Shown: one piece after another, positions 40,209 to 51,594 of the stretch
Position numbering within the stretch: position 1 is the first letter of the stretch
How the letters are laid out: each line of letters opens with the position of its first letter
From: Mustelus asterias
Lineage: Eukaryota
Direction of reading: 5' to 3'
Assembly: GCF_964213995.1 (NCBI RefSeq)
Contig: NC_135810.1
Location: forward strand, 80,290,001-80,354,000
Length of the DNA: 64,000 bases
Notes under the pieces: model-generated
What the model was told of the DNA's origin: nothing
Database searches by the model: none
Seen by the model: the letters and a program-made list of their open reading frames with translations, nothing else
Position numbers and translations under genes: made by a program

Positions 40209-40572
40209 ACGTGTATGTGTGTGCATGTGTGTGCGCGTGTGTGCACACATGTGTGTGTGCACGTGTATGTGTGCATGCCTGAATGTGTGTGTGTGTATGT
40301 CCGTGGTGTGTGTGTGCCTGCGTGTGTGTGTGTGTGTGTGTGCGCATGCCTGAGTGTGTGTGTTTGTGCGTGCGTGCATGCGTATGTGTGTGCGTGCGTG
40401 TGTTTGTGTGTGCCTTTGTGTGTGCGTGTGTGTGTTTGCGTGTGTATGTGTGTGTGTGTGCGTGCATGTGTAAGTGTGTGCGTGCGTGTGTGTGCCTTTG
40501 TGCATTGTGCGCCTGTATGTGTATGTGTCCATGCGTGTGTGTGTGCCTGTATGTGTATGTATGCGTGCGTGC
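40209..40572 (+). repeat. Imperfect (TG)n/(TGYG)n microsatellite
   Basis: Directly visible; resumes briefly after the CR1 tail (TGTGTGCGTG at 44571-44580). Confidence 0.97.
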
Positions 40573-41105
40573 GGAAAGGGAAGAGAGGGGTTAGGAGAGC
40601 GATAGTGGTGGGGGATGCGTCAGTTAGAGGCACAGACAGGCGATTCTGTGGGGGCGAACGGGACTCCAGGATGGTAGTCTGCCTACCTGGTGCTGGGGTC
40701 ACAGATGTCTCCGAGCGGATAGGAGGCATATTAAAAGGGGAAGATAAAGAAACGGATGTCATTATACACATTGGTGGAAATGACGTAGATAGAAAGAGTA
40801 GGGGGGTCCTAAGAGAGCAATTCAGGGAGTTGGGAAATAGGTTAAAAAGTAGGGTCACTAGGGTGGCCATCTCTGGGCTGCTCCCAATGCCTCGTGCCAG
40901 TGAGGCTAAGAATAGGGAGTTGGTTCAAATGAATGCATGGCTAAAGGACTGGTCCAGGAGGGAGGGCTTTATTTTCATAGACCAAGGTTTGGTTTTCAGG
41001 AGAGGATGGCACCTGTACAAGAGGGAGGGGTCACAACTAAGTTGGAAGGGCACAAATATCCTGGCTGGGAGCTTTGCTAATGCAGTTCGGGGGGGTTTAA
41101 ACTAG
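40573..41105 (+). CDS. CR1 ORF1p C-terminal SGNH/GDSL esterase-like domain (partial)
   Basis: [33 protein letters not shown]. Confidence 0.88.
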
Positions 41106-44029
41106 TATGGCAGGGGGGTGGGGATCAAACTATTAGGTCTATAAGTGTGGTGGCTGGGGACGAGCTTGGGGCTGGGACAAGGTTGGCAAAGAAGGAGAGC
41201 ACTCTGGGGGAGGACGACCTCACTGAGCCTGGAGGTCTGGAGTGCTTATACTTCAATGCAAGGAGCGTAGCAGGTAAAACAGACGAACTTGGGGCCTTAA
41301 TGCGCACGAGGAATTTGGATGTGGTTGCGGTGACAGAGACTTGGTTGAAAGAGGGACAGGACTGGCAGCTGAATATTCCAGGGTACAAGTGTTTTAGGCG
41401 AGACAGAGGAGGGACCAAAAGAGGTGGGGGAGTAGCGGTATTGGTTGGAGAGCATATTACAGCGGTGCAGAGGGAGGACAATTCGGAGGAGTCGTGTAGC
41501 GAGTCACTCTGGGTGGAGCTTAGAAACAGGAAAGGCGCAGTCACTATGTTGGGGGTGTACTACAGGCCCCCCAACAGCCCAAGGGAAGTGGAAGAATGGA
41601 TATGTCAGAAGATACTGGATAGGTGCAGGAAATATAGGGTTGTTGTAGTGGGAGACTTCAATTTCCCTGGTATAGACTGGAAATCGCTGAGGGCAGGGAC
41701 TCTGGATGGGGAGGAATTTGTAAAATGTGTACAGGAGGGTTCGTTGGAACAATATGTGGACAGCCCAACTAGAGAGGGGGCTATACTGGACCTGGTACTG
41801 GGGAATGAGCCCGGTCAGGTCTTCAAAGTTTTGGTTGGGGAACATGTGGCAAATAGTGACCACAATTCTGTTAGCTTTAGGATAGTGATGGAAAAGGATG
41901 AGTGGTGTCCCAAGGGTAAGGTGTTGGATTGGGGGAAGGCTAACTTTATTGGGATCAGGCAGAAATTGGCAGCTCTTGATTGGGAGAGGCTGTTTGAGGG
42001 TAAATCCACATCTGGTATGTGGCAGTCTTTTAAGGAACGGTTGTTAGGGCTATAGGACAAGCATGTGCCTGTAAAAAAGAAGGATAGGAAGGGTAGGATT
42101 AGAGAACCGTGGATAACCAGGGAAATTGAGGGACTGGTCAAAAGGAAAAGAGAGGCACATGTTAGGTCCAATCAGCTAAAAACGGAGGGAGCTCTGGAGG
42201 AGTACAATGAAAGTAGGAAAATACTCAAACGGGGAATTAGAAGAGCAAAAAGGGGTCACGAAATGTTCTTGGCAGACAGGATTAAGGAGAATCCCAAGGC
42301 ATTTTATTCATACATTAGGAACAAAAGGGTTGTTAGGGAAAAAATCGGACCTCTCAGGGACAAAAGTGGGGACTTATGCTTGGAGCCCAAAGAGGTAGGG
42401 GAGATCCTAAATGAATACTTTGCGTCGGTATTCACAAAGGAGAGGGATGTGTTGACTGGGAGTGTCTCGGAGGGGAGTGTTGAACCGTTGGAGAAAATCT
42501 CCATTACAAAGGAGGAAGTGTTAGGTTTGTTAGAGAATATAAAGACTGACAAATCCCCAGGGCCTGATGGAATCTATCCAAGGCTGCTCAGGGAGACGAG
42601 AGGTGAAATCGTTGGGCCTCTGACGCAAATCTTTGTCTCGTCACTGGACGCAGGTGAAGTCCCAGAGGATTGGAGGATAGCCAATGTGGTCCCGTTATTT
42701 AAGAAGGGTAGGAAGGATAACCCGGGTAATTATAGGCCGGTGAGCTTGACGTCCGTGGTGGGGAAGTTGTTGGAGAAGATTCTTAAAGATAGGATGTATG
42801 CGCATTTAGAAAGAAATAAACTCATTAACGATAGTCAACATGGTTTTGTGAGAGGGAGGTCATGCCTCACTAACCTGGTGGTGTTTTTTGAAGAAGTGAC
42901 CAAAATGGTTGACGAAGGAAGGGCCGTGGATGTTGTCTATATGGACTTTAGTAAAGCGTTTGACAAAGTCCCTCATGGTAGGCTAGTGAAAAAGGTTGGA
43001 TCCCATGGGATAAAGGGGGAGGTGGCTAGATGGGTGGAGAACTGGCTTGGTCATAGAAGACAGAGGGTGGTAGTGGAAGGGTCTTTTTCCGGCTGGAGGC
43101 CTGTGACTAGTGGTGTACCGCAGGGCTCTGTATTGGGACCTCTGCTGTTTGTGATTTATATAAATGATCTGGAAGAAGGAGTAACTGGGGTGATCAGTAA
43201 GTTTGCGGACGACACAAAACTGGCAGGACTTGCAGATAGTGAGGAACATTGTCAGAGGCTACAGAAGGATATAGATAGGCTGGAAATTTGGGCAAGGAAA
43301 TGGCAGATGGAGTTCAATCCTGATAAATGCGAAGTGATGCATTTTGGTGGGAATAATGTAGGGAGGAGCTACACGATAAATGGAAGAACCATAAAGGGTG
43401 TAGAGACGCAGAGGGACCTGGGTGTGCAAGTCCACAGATCTTTGAAGGTGACGTCACAGGTGGAGAAGGTGGTGAAGAAGGCATATGGCATGCTTGCCTT
43501 TATAGGACGGGGCATAGAGTATAAAAGTTGGGGTCTGATGTTACAGATGTATAGAACGTTGGTTCGGCCGCATTTGGAATACTGCGTCCAGTTCTGGTCG
43601 CCACACTACCAGAAGGACGTGGAGGCTTTGGAGAGAGTACAGAGGAGGTTTACCAGGATGTTGCCTGGTATGGAGGGGCTTGGTTATGAGGAGAGATTGG
43701 GGAAACTGGGGTTGTTCTCCCTGGAAAGACGGAGGATGAGGGGAGACTTAATAGAGGTGTATAAAATTATGAAAGGCATAGATAGGGTGAACGGTGGGAA
43801 GCTTTTCCCCGGGTCGGTGGAGACGTTCACGAGGGGTCATAGGTTCAAGGTGAAGGGGGGGAGGTTTAACACAGATATCAGAAGGACATATTTCACACAG
43901 AGGGTCGTGGGGGCCTGGAATGTGTTGCCGGGCAAGGTGGTGGAGGCGGACACACTGGGAACATTTAAGACTTATCTAGACAGCTATATGAACGGAGTGG
44001 GAATGGAGGGATACAAAAGAGTGGTCTAG
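41096..44029 (+). pseudogene. CR1 ORF2 (APE endonuclease + reverse transcriptase) with a single in-frame TAG at 42053-42055
   Basis: ORFs 41147-42055 and 42065-44029 are in the same frame; YFNARS, TETW, GDFN, SDH, QHGF, GVPQGS, FADD all intact. Confidence 0.95.
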
Positions 44030-44221
44030 TTTGGACCAGGGAGCGGCGCGGGCTAATTGTTCCTTGTTTCTCGTTTCAAGGCTTCATTCTATGATCATCT
44101 TGCTGGTGCCAGTACAGAGCGAGACTGCGGATAGTTGGGAACCTGTCTCGGGGGCAGGGAATTCATATGGTGTTCGTGGAAGTGGAAATGACTAGGGTTG
44201 GGAAGCATTTTCCGATCAGGG

Positions 44222-44351
44222 CCATTGTGATCTCCTGGACTCGTTTCGATCGCCTCAGGGGGTCGGAGAGGAATTTCCCAGATTTTTTTTCCCCATATTG
44301 GCCCTGGGGTTTTTCACTCTGGGTTTTCGCCTCTCCCTGGAGATCACATGG
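44222..44351 (+). other. Predicted multi-stem RNA structure in the CR1 3'UTR
   Basis: Nested pairings TGTGATCTCC/GGAGATCACA, GGAGAGG/CCTCTCC, CCCAGA/TCTGGG, CCCCA/TGGGG and side hairpin GATCGCC/GGGGGTC. Confidence 0.75.
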
Positions 44352-46271
44352 TCTGGAATGGGGGGGTGGGGGTGAGTTAATAGGTTGTAATGAACAAAGC
44401 ATCGTAGCTGTGAGGGACAGCTCGGTGGATAGGATATTGGTATGTAGATAGGCTGGAAAATTGGGCGGGGATCCTGGATTCAGGATTCAATTCTGGACCG
44501 GGGAGCGGCGCGGGCTTGGAGGGCCGAAGGGCCTGTTCCTGTGCTGTATTGTTCTTTGTTCTTTGTTCTTTGTGTGCGTGAGGTGCCACATTTCTTATTA
44601 TTTTGTTCTTGGGTTTAGTGGCTAATAAACTTGCTCTTTCTTTGACTCAAGAAAGCCTCGTTGATTGGCTCCTTATTGTTCACTGCATAGATAGTAAAAC
44701 AAAAATGGATTTACAAATACATCTATGTGGAAAATAAATTTAAAAACCTTTGTTACGACTAACCCAGGAGGCCGGATACAGGAGGGAGAGTACACTCCTC
44801 CTCATCTAGTTGTGACAATGTCAAGGAACTGATACTGAGGCAGGATTCCATCTAATAACATCATAATCTTTTCTCTCTTGGTTTATGAATGGTCTGACCT
44901 TTGAAATATGAATACAGACTTTAATCCATTCTTGTGTTATTTGACTTGGTCCCAGTCATCGTTATTGAGCACATAACACACATGAAAGATTCAGATATGT
45001 TAAAACCAGAGAAAAGTTGATGTAGTTTTCACCATCATAACCCAGCAACTAATTTTGAAATACCTTTGCAGTTTGTATCCTCAATTTATATGTTCTATTA
45101 TTTCCATTGAAAAAATTCCATTCACTTTTTTCTATTTTTGCAGGAGAAGTGGAAGTCTTATTGTCAGTGTTCCAGATAATAACAATCGTTTGTGCCGAGA
45201 GAGACCATCATTCCTTTGGGCTGTATGCTCTTCACTGAGCTATTTTATAGGTGAATAATTGAAAATCATATTTCTCCATTCCGTGGAAAGCCACTCAGTA
45301 AGGAACCACTCAAATAATACAGCTGTTGAACCCAGCAGAATGTGGTTTCGTAAATAGTAGGGGTGGTGGAAGTCCTAATCTCTTAAGTCTGAAACAACAA
45401 TCAGGAACAGTCTGGGCTAGAGAACATAGCTCTGACTGAGTATCCAACGAGAATCAGTTAATTTGGAAGTGTTCTCATTTGGATGATTCTGATTAGCATT
45501 CTTTCAGAGCCCAACAGAGATGAAGGAATTTCAGGAATTGGAAGAGGTTATTTCACCAACTAATTATTTTTTTCCAAAGATTAAAATCAGTTAAACTTCT
45601 GCATTCCAGAATTGCATGTCTCGCTTGCATGAGCGGCAATGGTATTTTCAATTGTGGAAATTCTTAGGGAAATTCCCTTCATAGTCAATTATACCTTCTA
45701 GATAATGCCTCTTACAGGCATCAAAGCAGTTTCCTGAAGCTTTCTCCTAACCTAAATTCCTGATACCTGAAATCATCTTTGTTGCTTACCCCCTTCTATC
45801 TTGGGTAATAATATCCTTTCTATAGGTAGGGAGCTAGATCTAAATGCAATACTGTTGATGGTCTCAATTTTCCCACATGTTAATTTATTACAAATAAAAA
45901 GGGAGGGTATTGGAGGGTAAATCCATTTAATTCCCACTTTATTATCTGTAAATTAAGCCATTAGTTAAAGTGCTCGGACAGCAAAGGGACAGATAAGGGA
46001 GAGTCACCTGCAACTTTCACGGGAAAATTATATTTCCACAAGCAAGAGCTATTAGTTTGTGATTATATTGAAATATACAGCTGAAGGTTTTTTAAATACT
46101 GCAAGGAAGAATTTAAAAGATTTAACCTGAAATAAGAGTGCACATCTACAGAACATGACTCCAATGTAATTTTAACAAACCTCAAGCAAGAGAGAGTCAC
46201 AGATTCTCACATGGAGGTGTGCACATGGGGGATAGCTTCCCAGATAAACCAGCTTATGTTCGAGAAGATTT

Positions 46272-47597
46272 TGGGGCGATTCTCCTAGCTCGGGAGACAT
46301 AGGTGAAGCTGTGTACTGGGCGCCACAGCCTCTGCGTCTCCGGCCATGTGATTTCCAGCACCGTCAGCTCTGTGCCAGAAATTGGTGCGGAGCTGATTAA
46401 AATATTTAAATCAGCATTTAAATATCATTAGTAGACCCAGGACTGAAGTCTCCAGGCCTGCTAGCCTCTACCCCCTGACAGAGGTGTTTCACTCCAGCGG
46501 GGTTTACAGTAGCTCCCCACTAACGGGGAGCTGGTGGCCCAACCCCGCTGGAGTGAAGGGAGGCCATGGAGGCCCCCCAAGGAGGTTGGGGGGTAAGGGG
46601 GGTGCCCACTGGGCATTTCCATCCTGGAAGTGCCAGCTTGGCCCCCTGGCACTGCTCAAAGGGCACCTTGGCACTGCCCACTGGGCATCGGGCAGTGCCA
46701 AGTGAATGTGGCCTATTGGGGGCTGAGCCTATTGGGGCAGGGCCTCTGGGGCAATCGGTGCAGCTGGGGGGGTCCCGCTGCCACTCTGCACTTGGGATCC
46801 GTGACAGAGGGAGGGTGAACAGCGATCGGGGCTGCCCATTGGGGTGGGGGTCAGCTTTCTGAGGGGGGAGGGTTAGGGCTGGGGGTGGGGGGAGGGGTTG
46901 GGGCAATCAGGACTGCCGGGCGGGGGTGGGGGTGGTCAGGGCTGGTCAGTGATCAGGGAATGGAGGGGTCGCATGGCCAGCAATGCGGGGTCTCAGGGTT
47001 GACCAGCGATCAGGAGGCCTGCAGTGTGGGCTACTGCGCATGCGCCGATCTCGGTGCTGACAGATCGGTGCATGAGCAGTGGCCTTCTCAGTGCTGTGCT
47101 GCCAGCCTCTTCAGCGGGAATAGGCCCCGCCCTTAGCTTTTCATCGTGATTCGTGTTAGGGCTCTCTGTGATGCACAGAATGTGGGAGATTCATTTTGAA
47201 AGTCCCGCTGAAACAGCAAACAGATTTCATAGAGTCATAGAGGTTTACAGCATGGAAACAGGCCCTTCGGCCCAACTTGTCCATGCCATCCTTTTTTTTA
47301 AACCCCTAAGCTAATCCCAATTGCCCGCATTTGGCTCATATCCCTCATTACCCATCTCACCCATGTAACTGTCTAAACGCTTTTTAAAAGACAAAATTGT
47401 ACCTGCCTCTACTACTACCTGTGTCAGCTTGTTCCAGACACTCACCACCCTCTGCGTGAAAACATTGCCCCTCTGGACCCTTTTGTACCTCTCCCCTCTC
47501 ACCTTAAGCCTATGCCCTCTAGTTTGAGACTCCCCTACCTTACCCCAGTTTTTACGTGAATTCGGCACTTAGAAGTTTTTTGGGAGAATCCCACCCG
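46272..47597 (+). mobile_element. GC-rich Harbinger-like MITE with a nested CR1 fragment
   Basis: TIRs GGGGCGATTCTCC / GGAGAATCCCACCC. Confidence 0.78.
47228..47543 (-). mobile_element. CR1 3' end, same subfamily as 26790-29457
   Basis: Closely matches the reverse complement of 29150-29457. Confidence 0.92.
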
Positions 47598-47829
47598 TAT
47601 TTACTGCCGCGGCAGCATTCTGGTCAGGCAGATCAAGCATTTTCTTTAGATGATGCCACAAGCCAAGTTCTCCAGCCACCAATTCCATCCAACTCCCTGG
47701 CCACTTCCTGAGATTGAGTCAGGCTGTTTGCAACCTTGGATGTGTGAACTATCTTATGGGATGAATTCTAAAGAAGGAAATGCTGAGACTTGTGCAGCGG
47801 TTTTGAAATGGTTATCCAAATAAATCTGA

Positions 47830-48390
47830 TAGTGACAAGAACAGGTCAGAGGTTGGGAATTCTGTGGCGAATAACTCTCCACCTGACTCCCCAAAGCCTG
47901 TCCACTTGCCTGGATGAAAGCAACTCCAACAACACTCAGGAAATGTGACACCATCCAGGACAAAGCAGCCCACTTGACTAGCATTCTATCCAACACCTTA
48001 AAAATGTATTCCTTCTGCCACTAGCATTGAGTGACTGAAGTGTGTACTATCTACAAGATACAGTGCAGCAACTCACCAAGGCTCCTTCAACAGTACCTTT
48101 CAAACCTTTCTACCACCCAGTAGGATAGGGCAGCAAACACATGGGAACATCCCCACCTACAGGTTCCCCTCCAAGCTATTCACAAACCTGACTTGGAACT
48201 ATATCGCTATTGTTTCGCTGTCACTGAGTCAAAATTCTCTCAACTTAACAGCACTGTGGGTGTACCTACACTATGTGGACCGCAGTAGTTAAGAAGGTTC
48301 ACCATCGCTTTCTCAAGGGCAATAGGAATGGGTAACAAATGCTGGCCTAGCCAGCAACACTCAAATCCTGTGAGAAAATAAATAAATAAA
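47830..48390 (+). mobile_element. CR1/L2-group LINE 3' fragment, probable partner of the Deu-SINEs
   Basis: GACACCATCCAGGACAAAGCAGCC..CAACTCACCAAGGCTCCTTC..CTCAAGGGCAAT.GG.ATGGG..AAATGCTGGCC tail. Confidence 0.75.
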
Positions 48391-48916
48391 GCGTATTTGT
48401 AAAACAGTACTTATATATTCTTCCAGTGCAAATATTTCATGTTGCAAAGCATACCTCTCAAGCGTCTCCGATTCATTAGAATATCTCATTTCCATTCTCA
48501 AAAAGTCTCTTTTCCAATTGCACAGCCATTATGTAAATTCTCGATTTCACGGTCTGAAATAATTATTTTTCTTTCTTCCTCCAAGTGAATGCCAGGAGAT
48601 GTGGATATCCCAGTATCCAAAAATATAAAGTCATATTATTGAAACAGTGGACTTGTTAAAGAATTCTTTATACATCTCTGCCAATGTGACGACAATTGGC
48701 TGCAAGTGAGTGAACTGGAGACAGATCTGTCATCTTCCCTTGTCCTTTCTGTTCTGGATTTTATCGAATTGTTTCTTCTCTGCTTATCTGTCCCCAAGAA
48801 GTACGGCCGTCACCGTGAATGGCGTATTTCTGCACTTTGCTGCAGTGCATTATTACGACAATGCCTCATGGCATTGACATGCATACTTTAAATCACATTG
48901 TGTAAATTAGCCACAC

Positions 48917-49189
48917 ACGGTGGCACAGTGGTTAGCACTGCTGCCTCACAGCGCCAGGGACCTGGGTTCGATTCCCAGCTTGGGTCACTGTCTGTGTGGA
49001 GTTTGCATTTCTCCCTGTGTCTGCGTGGGTTTTCTCCGAGTGCTCTGGTTTTCTCTCACAGCCTGAAAGACATGCTGGTTAGGTGCATTGACCCGAACAG
49101 GCACCGGAGTGTGGCGACTCGGGGAATTTCACAGTAACGTCATTGCAGTGTTAATGTAAGCCTTGTGACTAATAAATAAACTTTACTTT
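48917..49189 (+). mobile_element. HE1-type V-SINE (alternative-tail subfamily)
   Basis: Head and body plus tail TTGTGACTAATAAATAAACTTTACTTT. Confidence 0.9.
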
Positions 49190-49749
49190 AAAAACAAACT
49201 CTTTCTGTAATCATTATCATGCTTACCAAGACAACAAGTGGTGAATAAACAATGGCTTTTACTTTTGCATAACCAAAGTTTACTTTGGCACAATTCCATT
49301 TCATGGCTGCAGTTTAGATCTGGTATAAGACATAATTCTTTCTATTTGATCTTAGTGCAAGAGTTCAGACATGTACAAGGGGTGAAATCCTACTGTTTAG
49401 CAATCTTTTATCATACACAATGAAGGGGAAGAATCTGCATTTGAAAGATAATTACATTTTAAATGGATATTTCTTAGTAGTTTTACAAAGGAAAATGCAA
49501 ATCCTGCAGCAATGAAAGATCAGTTGGAAACAATAGAATAAATGCCTCATGGAAATGAAAATGATCTCAGTTTGCATAATTGGCAAAGTGTTTCCACATA
49601 TCGATTTTCTGTTATGGTAACCAGGTTGTGTGCATTGGTCTGGTTACTATTTATTCTAATATGATGGAAATCATACAATTGGGAACATTTCTGGTGCTGT
49701 GTCTTTTGAAGAATTATCGAGAAAAAATGTTATTACTCCCTGTTTTGAT

Positions 49750-50620
49750 TGTGGGGTGGTGATTCATGATAACCCTGAGGCTGCTGCTTCTGAGCCAGGT
49801 AGCATGTAAACTTTGTGCTGCCTCTGCATTTCAATGGTTTCAGCTTACAGCCCAGTGCCAGATACTCACCAGGGTGGGGCGGGAGGGCGGGGGGGGGGGG
49901 GGGGGGGGGGCGCGGCAAGCACCATACGTGGCTAACACATGTTTAGCTAGCTTGCACTTCTTAAAGGCAACCTGCTTCTCTTAAAGGGGAGCTTCGCTCT
50001 CTGAACAGAAGCTGCTGCTGTCTGTTGAAGAATTGCCTACAAGGAGAAACACCAGGCAACAGAGAGAGCTTCCAGAGTTTCTGATGGCCAAGCCGGAGGC
50101 ATTAGTACAGGAGGAAGAAAGAGCAGGAAACACAATGGGGTGCATTTTTCACACCCACTGCCAACACCAGAACCCTCCCAACCCCCATTGCATCCGCCAC
50201 TGGTGTATTTGAAGGTATGGGAAAAGGTAAAGAGAAGCTGATAACCAGTCCACCCTCAAGCTGTCCACACATTGCTCCTGTGGGAGATGGAGGTCAAAGC
50301 AGTGTCACTGAAGACCCTTGGTGGATAGGGTCTTCTGTTAGTAGCCCCTCCACTTCCTGCATTCTCTCTTAATTGCCGGTACTCCATGTCCCTTATATGT
50401 TATGCAACAATGCTTGGACTTCAATAGTGGCTCCAAAACTTGAGCAGACTTTCTGTCGAGAGGGTAGAAAACTCTTTGGAACTCCCTGTCAAGATGCAGC
50501 AACAACCCCTTCAAAATCCAATTAGTCACCAAATCTCCTGCAAGAACGCACTGCAGTACTTCCACAAAGATTACAACGGCAAAGGTAAGTCCAAAACACT
50601 TTGCTCGAAAATTGGCTGCT
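49750..50620. mobile_element. Internally deleted Harbinger element
   Basis: Start of a Myb-like ORF on + near 50040-50135 and HARBI1-like N-terminus (RRPYPPRVF) on - near 50255-50345. Confidence 0.55.
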
Positions 50621-50720
50621 GACCCTTTTAGTTACACCATGCAGCTAACATGTTCAGCTTTAAGTGAATTGGAGAACATATTAACTAGGTGTATGTGGTG
50701 AAAATGGGCAAAATGTGTGT

Positions 50721-51050
50721 CGGGGCGGCACGGTAGCACAGTGGCTAGGGGCCCTGCTGTCTCACAGCACCAGGGACCCGGGTTCGATTCCCGGCTGGGG
50801 TCACTATCTTTATGGAGTCTGTACATTCTCCCCGTGTCTGCATAGATTTCCTCCAGGTGCTCCGGTTTCCTCCCACAGTCCAAAGATGCGCGGGTTAGGT
50901 GGATTGGCCATGCTAAATTGCCCCTTAGTGTCAAGGGAACTAGCTAGGGTAAATGCTTGGGGTTATGGGGATAGGGCCTGGGTGGGATTGTGGTTGGTGC
51001 AGGCTCGATGAGCCGAATGGCCTCCCTCAGCACTGTAGGATTCTATGATT
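50721..51050 (+). mobile_element. HE1-type V-SINE with CR1 tail
   Basis: Full head, body and tail. Confidence 0.9.
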
Positions 51051-51108
51051 GGCCATTGAGGCTGATTGACATCACGATTCACCTCCTCTGCCTGCTTCCA
51101 TTGTACGC

Positions 51109-51594
51109 AGAACATAAGAACATAAGAAATAGGAGCAGGAGTAGGCCATCTAGCCCCTCGAGCCTGCCCGCCATTCAATAAGATCATGGCTGATCTGACG
51201 TGGATCAGTACCACTTACCCGCCTGATCCCCATAACCCTTAATTCCCTTACCGATCAGGAATCCATCCATCCGCGCTTTAAACATATTCAGCGAGGTAGC
51301 CTCCACCACCTCAGTGGGCAGAGAATTCCAGAGATTCACCACCCTCTGGGAGAAGAAGTTCCTCCTCAACTCTGTCTTAAACCGACCCCCCTTTATTTTG
51401 AGGCTGTGTCCTCTAGTTTTAACTTCCTTACTAAGTGGAAAGAATCTCTCCGCCTCCACCCTATCCAGCCCCCGCATTATCTTATAAGTCTCCATAAGAT
51501 CCCCCCTCATCCTTCTAAACTCCAACGAGTACAAACCCAATCTCCTCAGCCTCTCCTCATAATCCAAACCCCTCATCTCCGGTATCAACCTGGT
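51109..51594 (-). mobile_element. Young CR1 3' fragment
   Basis: Open C-terminal ORF2 frame YEERLRRLGLYSLEFRRMRGDL..FSQRVVNLWNSLP; (TTCTTATG)n tail. Confidence 0.95.

Larger units (their letters stand above)
40573..44572 (+). mobile_element. Young CR1 LINE, truncated within ORF1
   Basis: ORF1 esterase domain, full ORF2, extended 3'UTR, GGGCCGAAGGGCC stem-loop and (TTGTTCT)n tail; CpG-rich. Confidence 0.97.
39846..44817 (+). mobile_element. Possible solo LTR interrupted by the TG tract and the CR1
   Basis: TGT..ACA ends and AATAAA near 44624; no TSD confirmed, left boundary uncertain. Confidence 0.3.

Noticed and set aside
40120-40594. His/Thr-rich and Cys/Val-rich ORFs, including the N-terminus of the 296-aa ORF
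   Set aside because: They are translations of the TG microsatellite, which lacks stop codons
42053-42058. Programmed stop-codon readthrough at UAG-G
   Set aside because: The equivalent position in the CR1 at about 27400 is CAG (RVQGKH), so a point mutation is the simpler explanation
44236-44262. Antisense hammerhead-like string CUGAGGCGAUCGAAACGAGUC
   Set aside because: Core deviates from CUGANGA, helix II is absent, helix I does not flank the core, and G-U pairing favours the sense-strand fold
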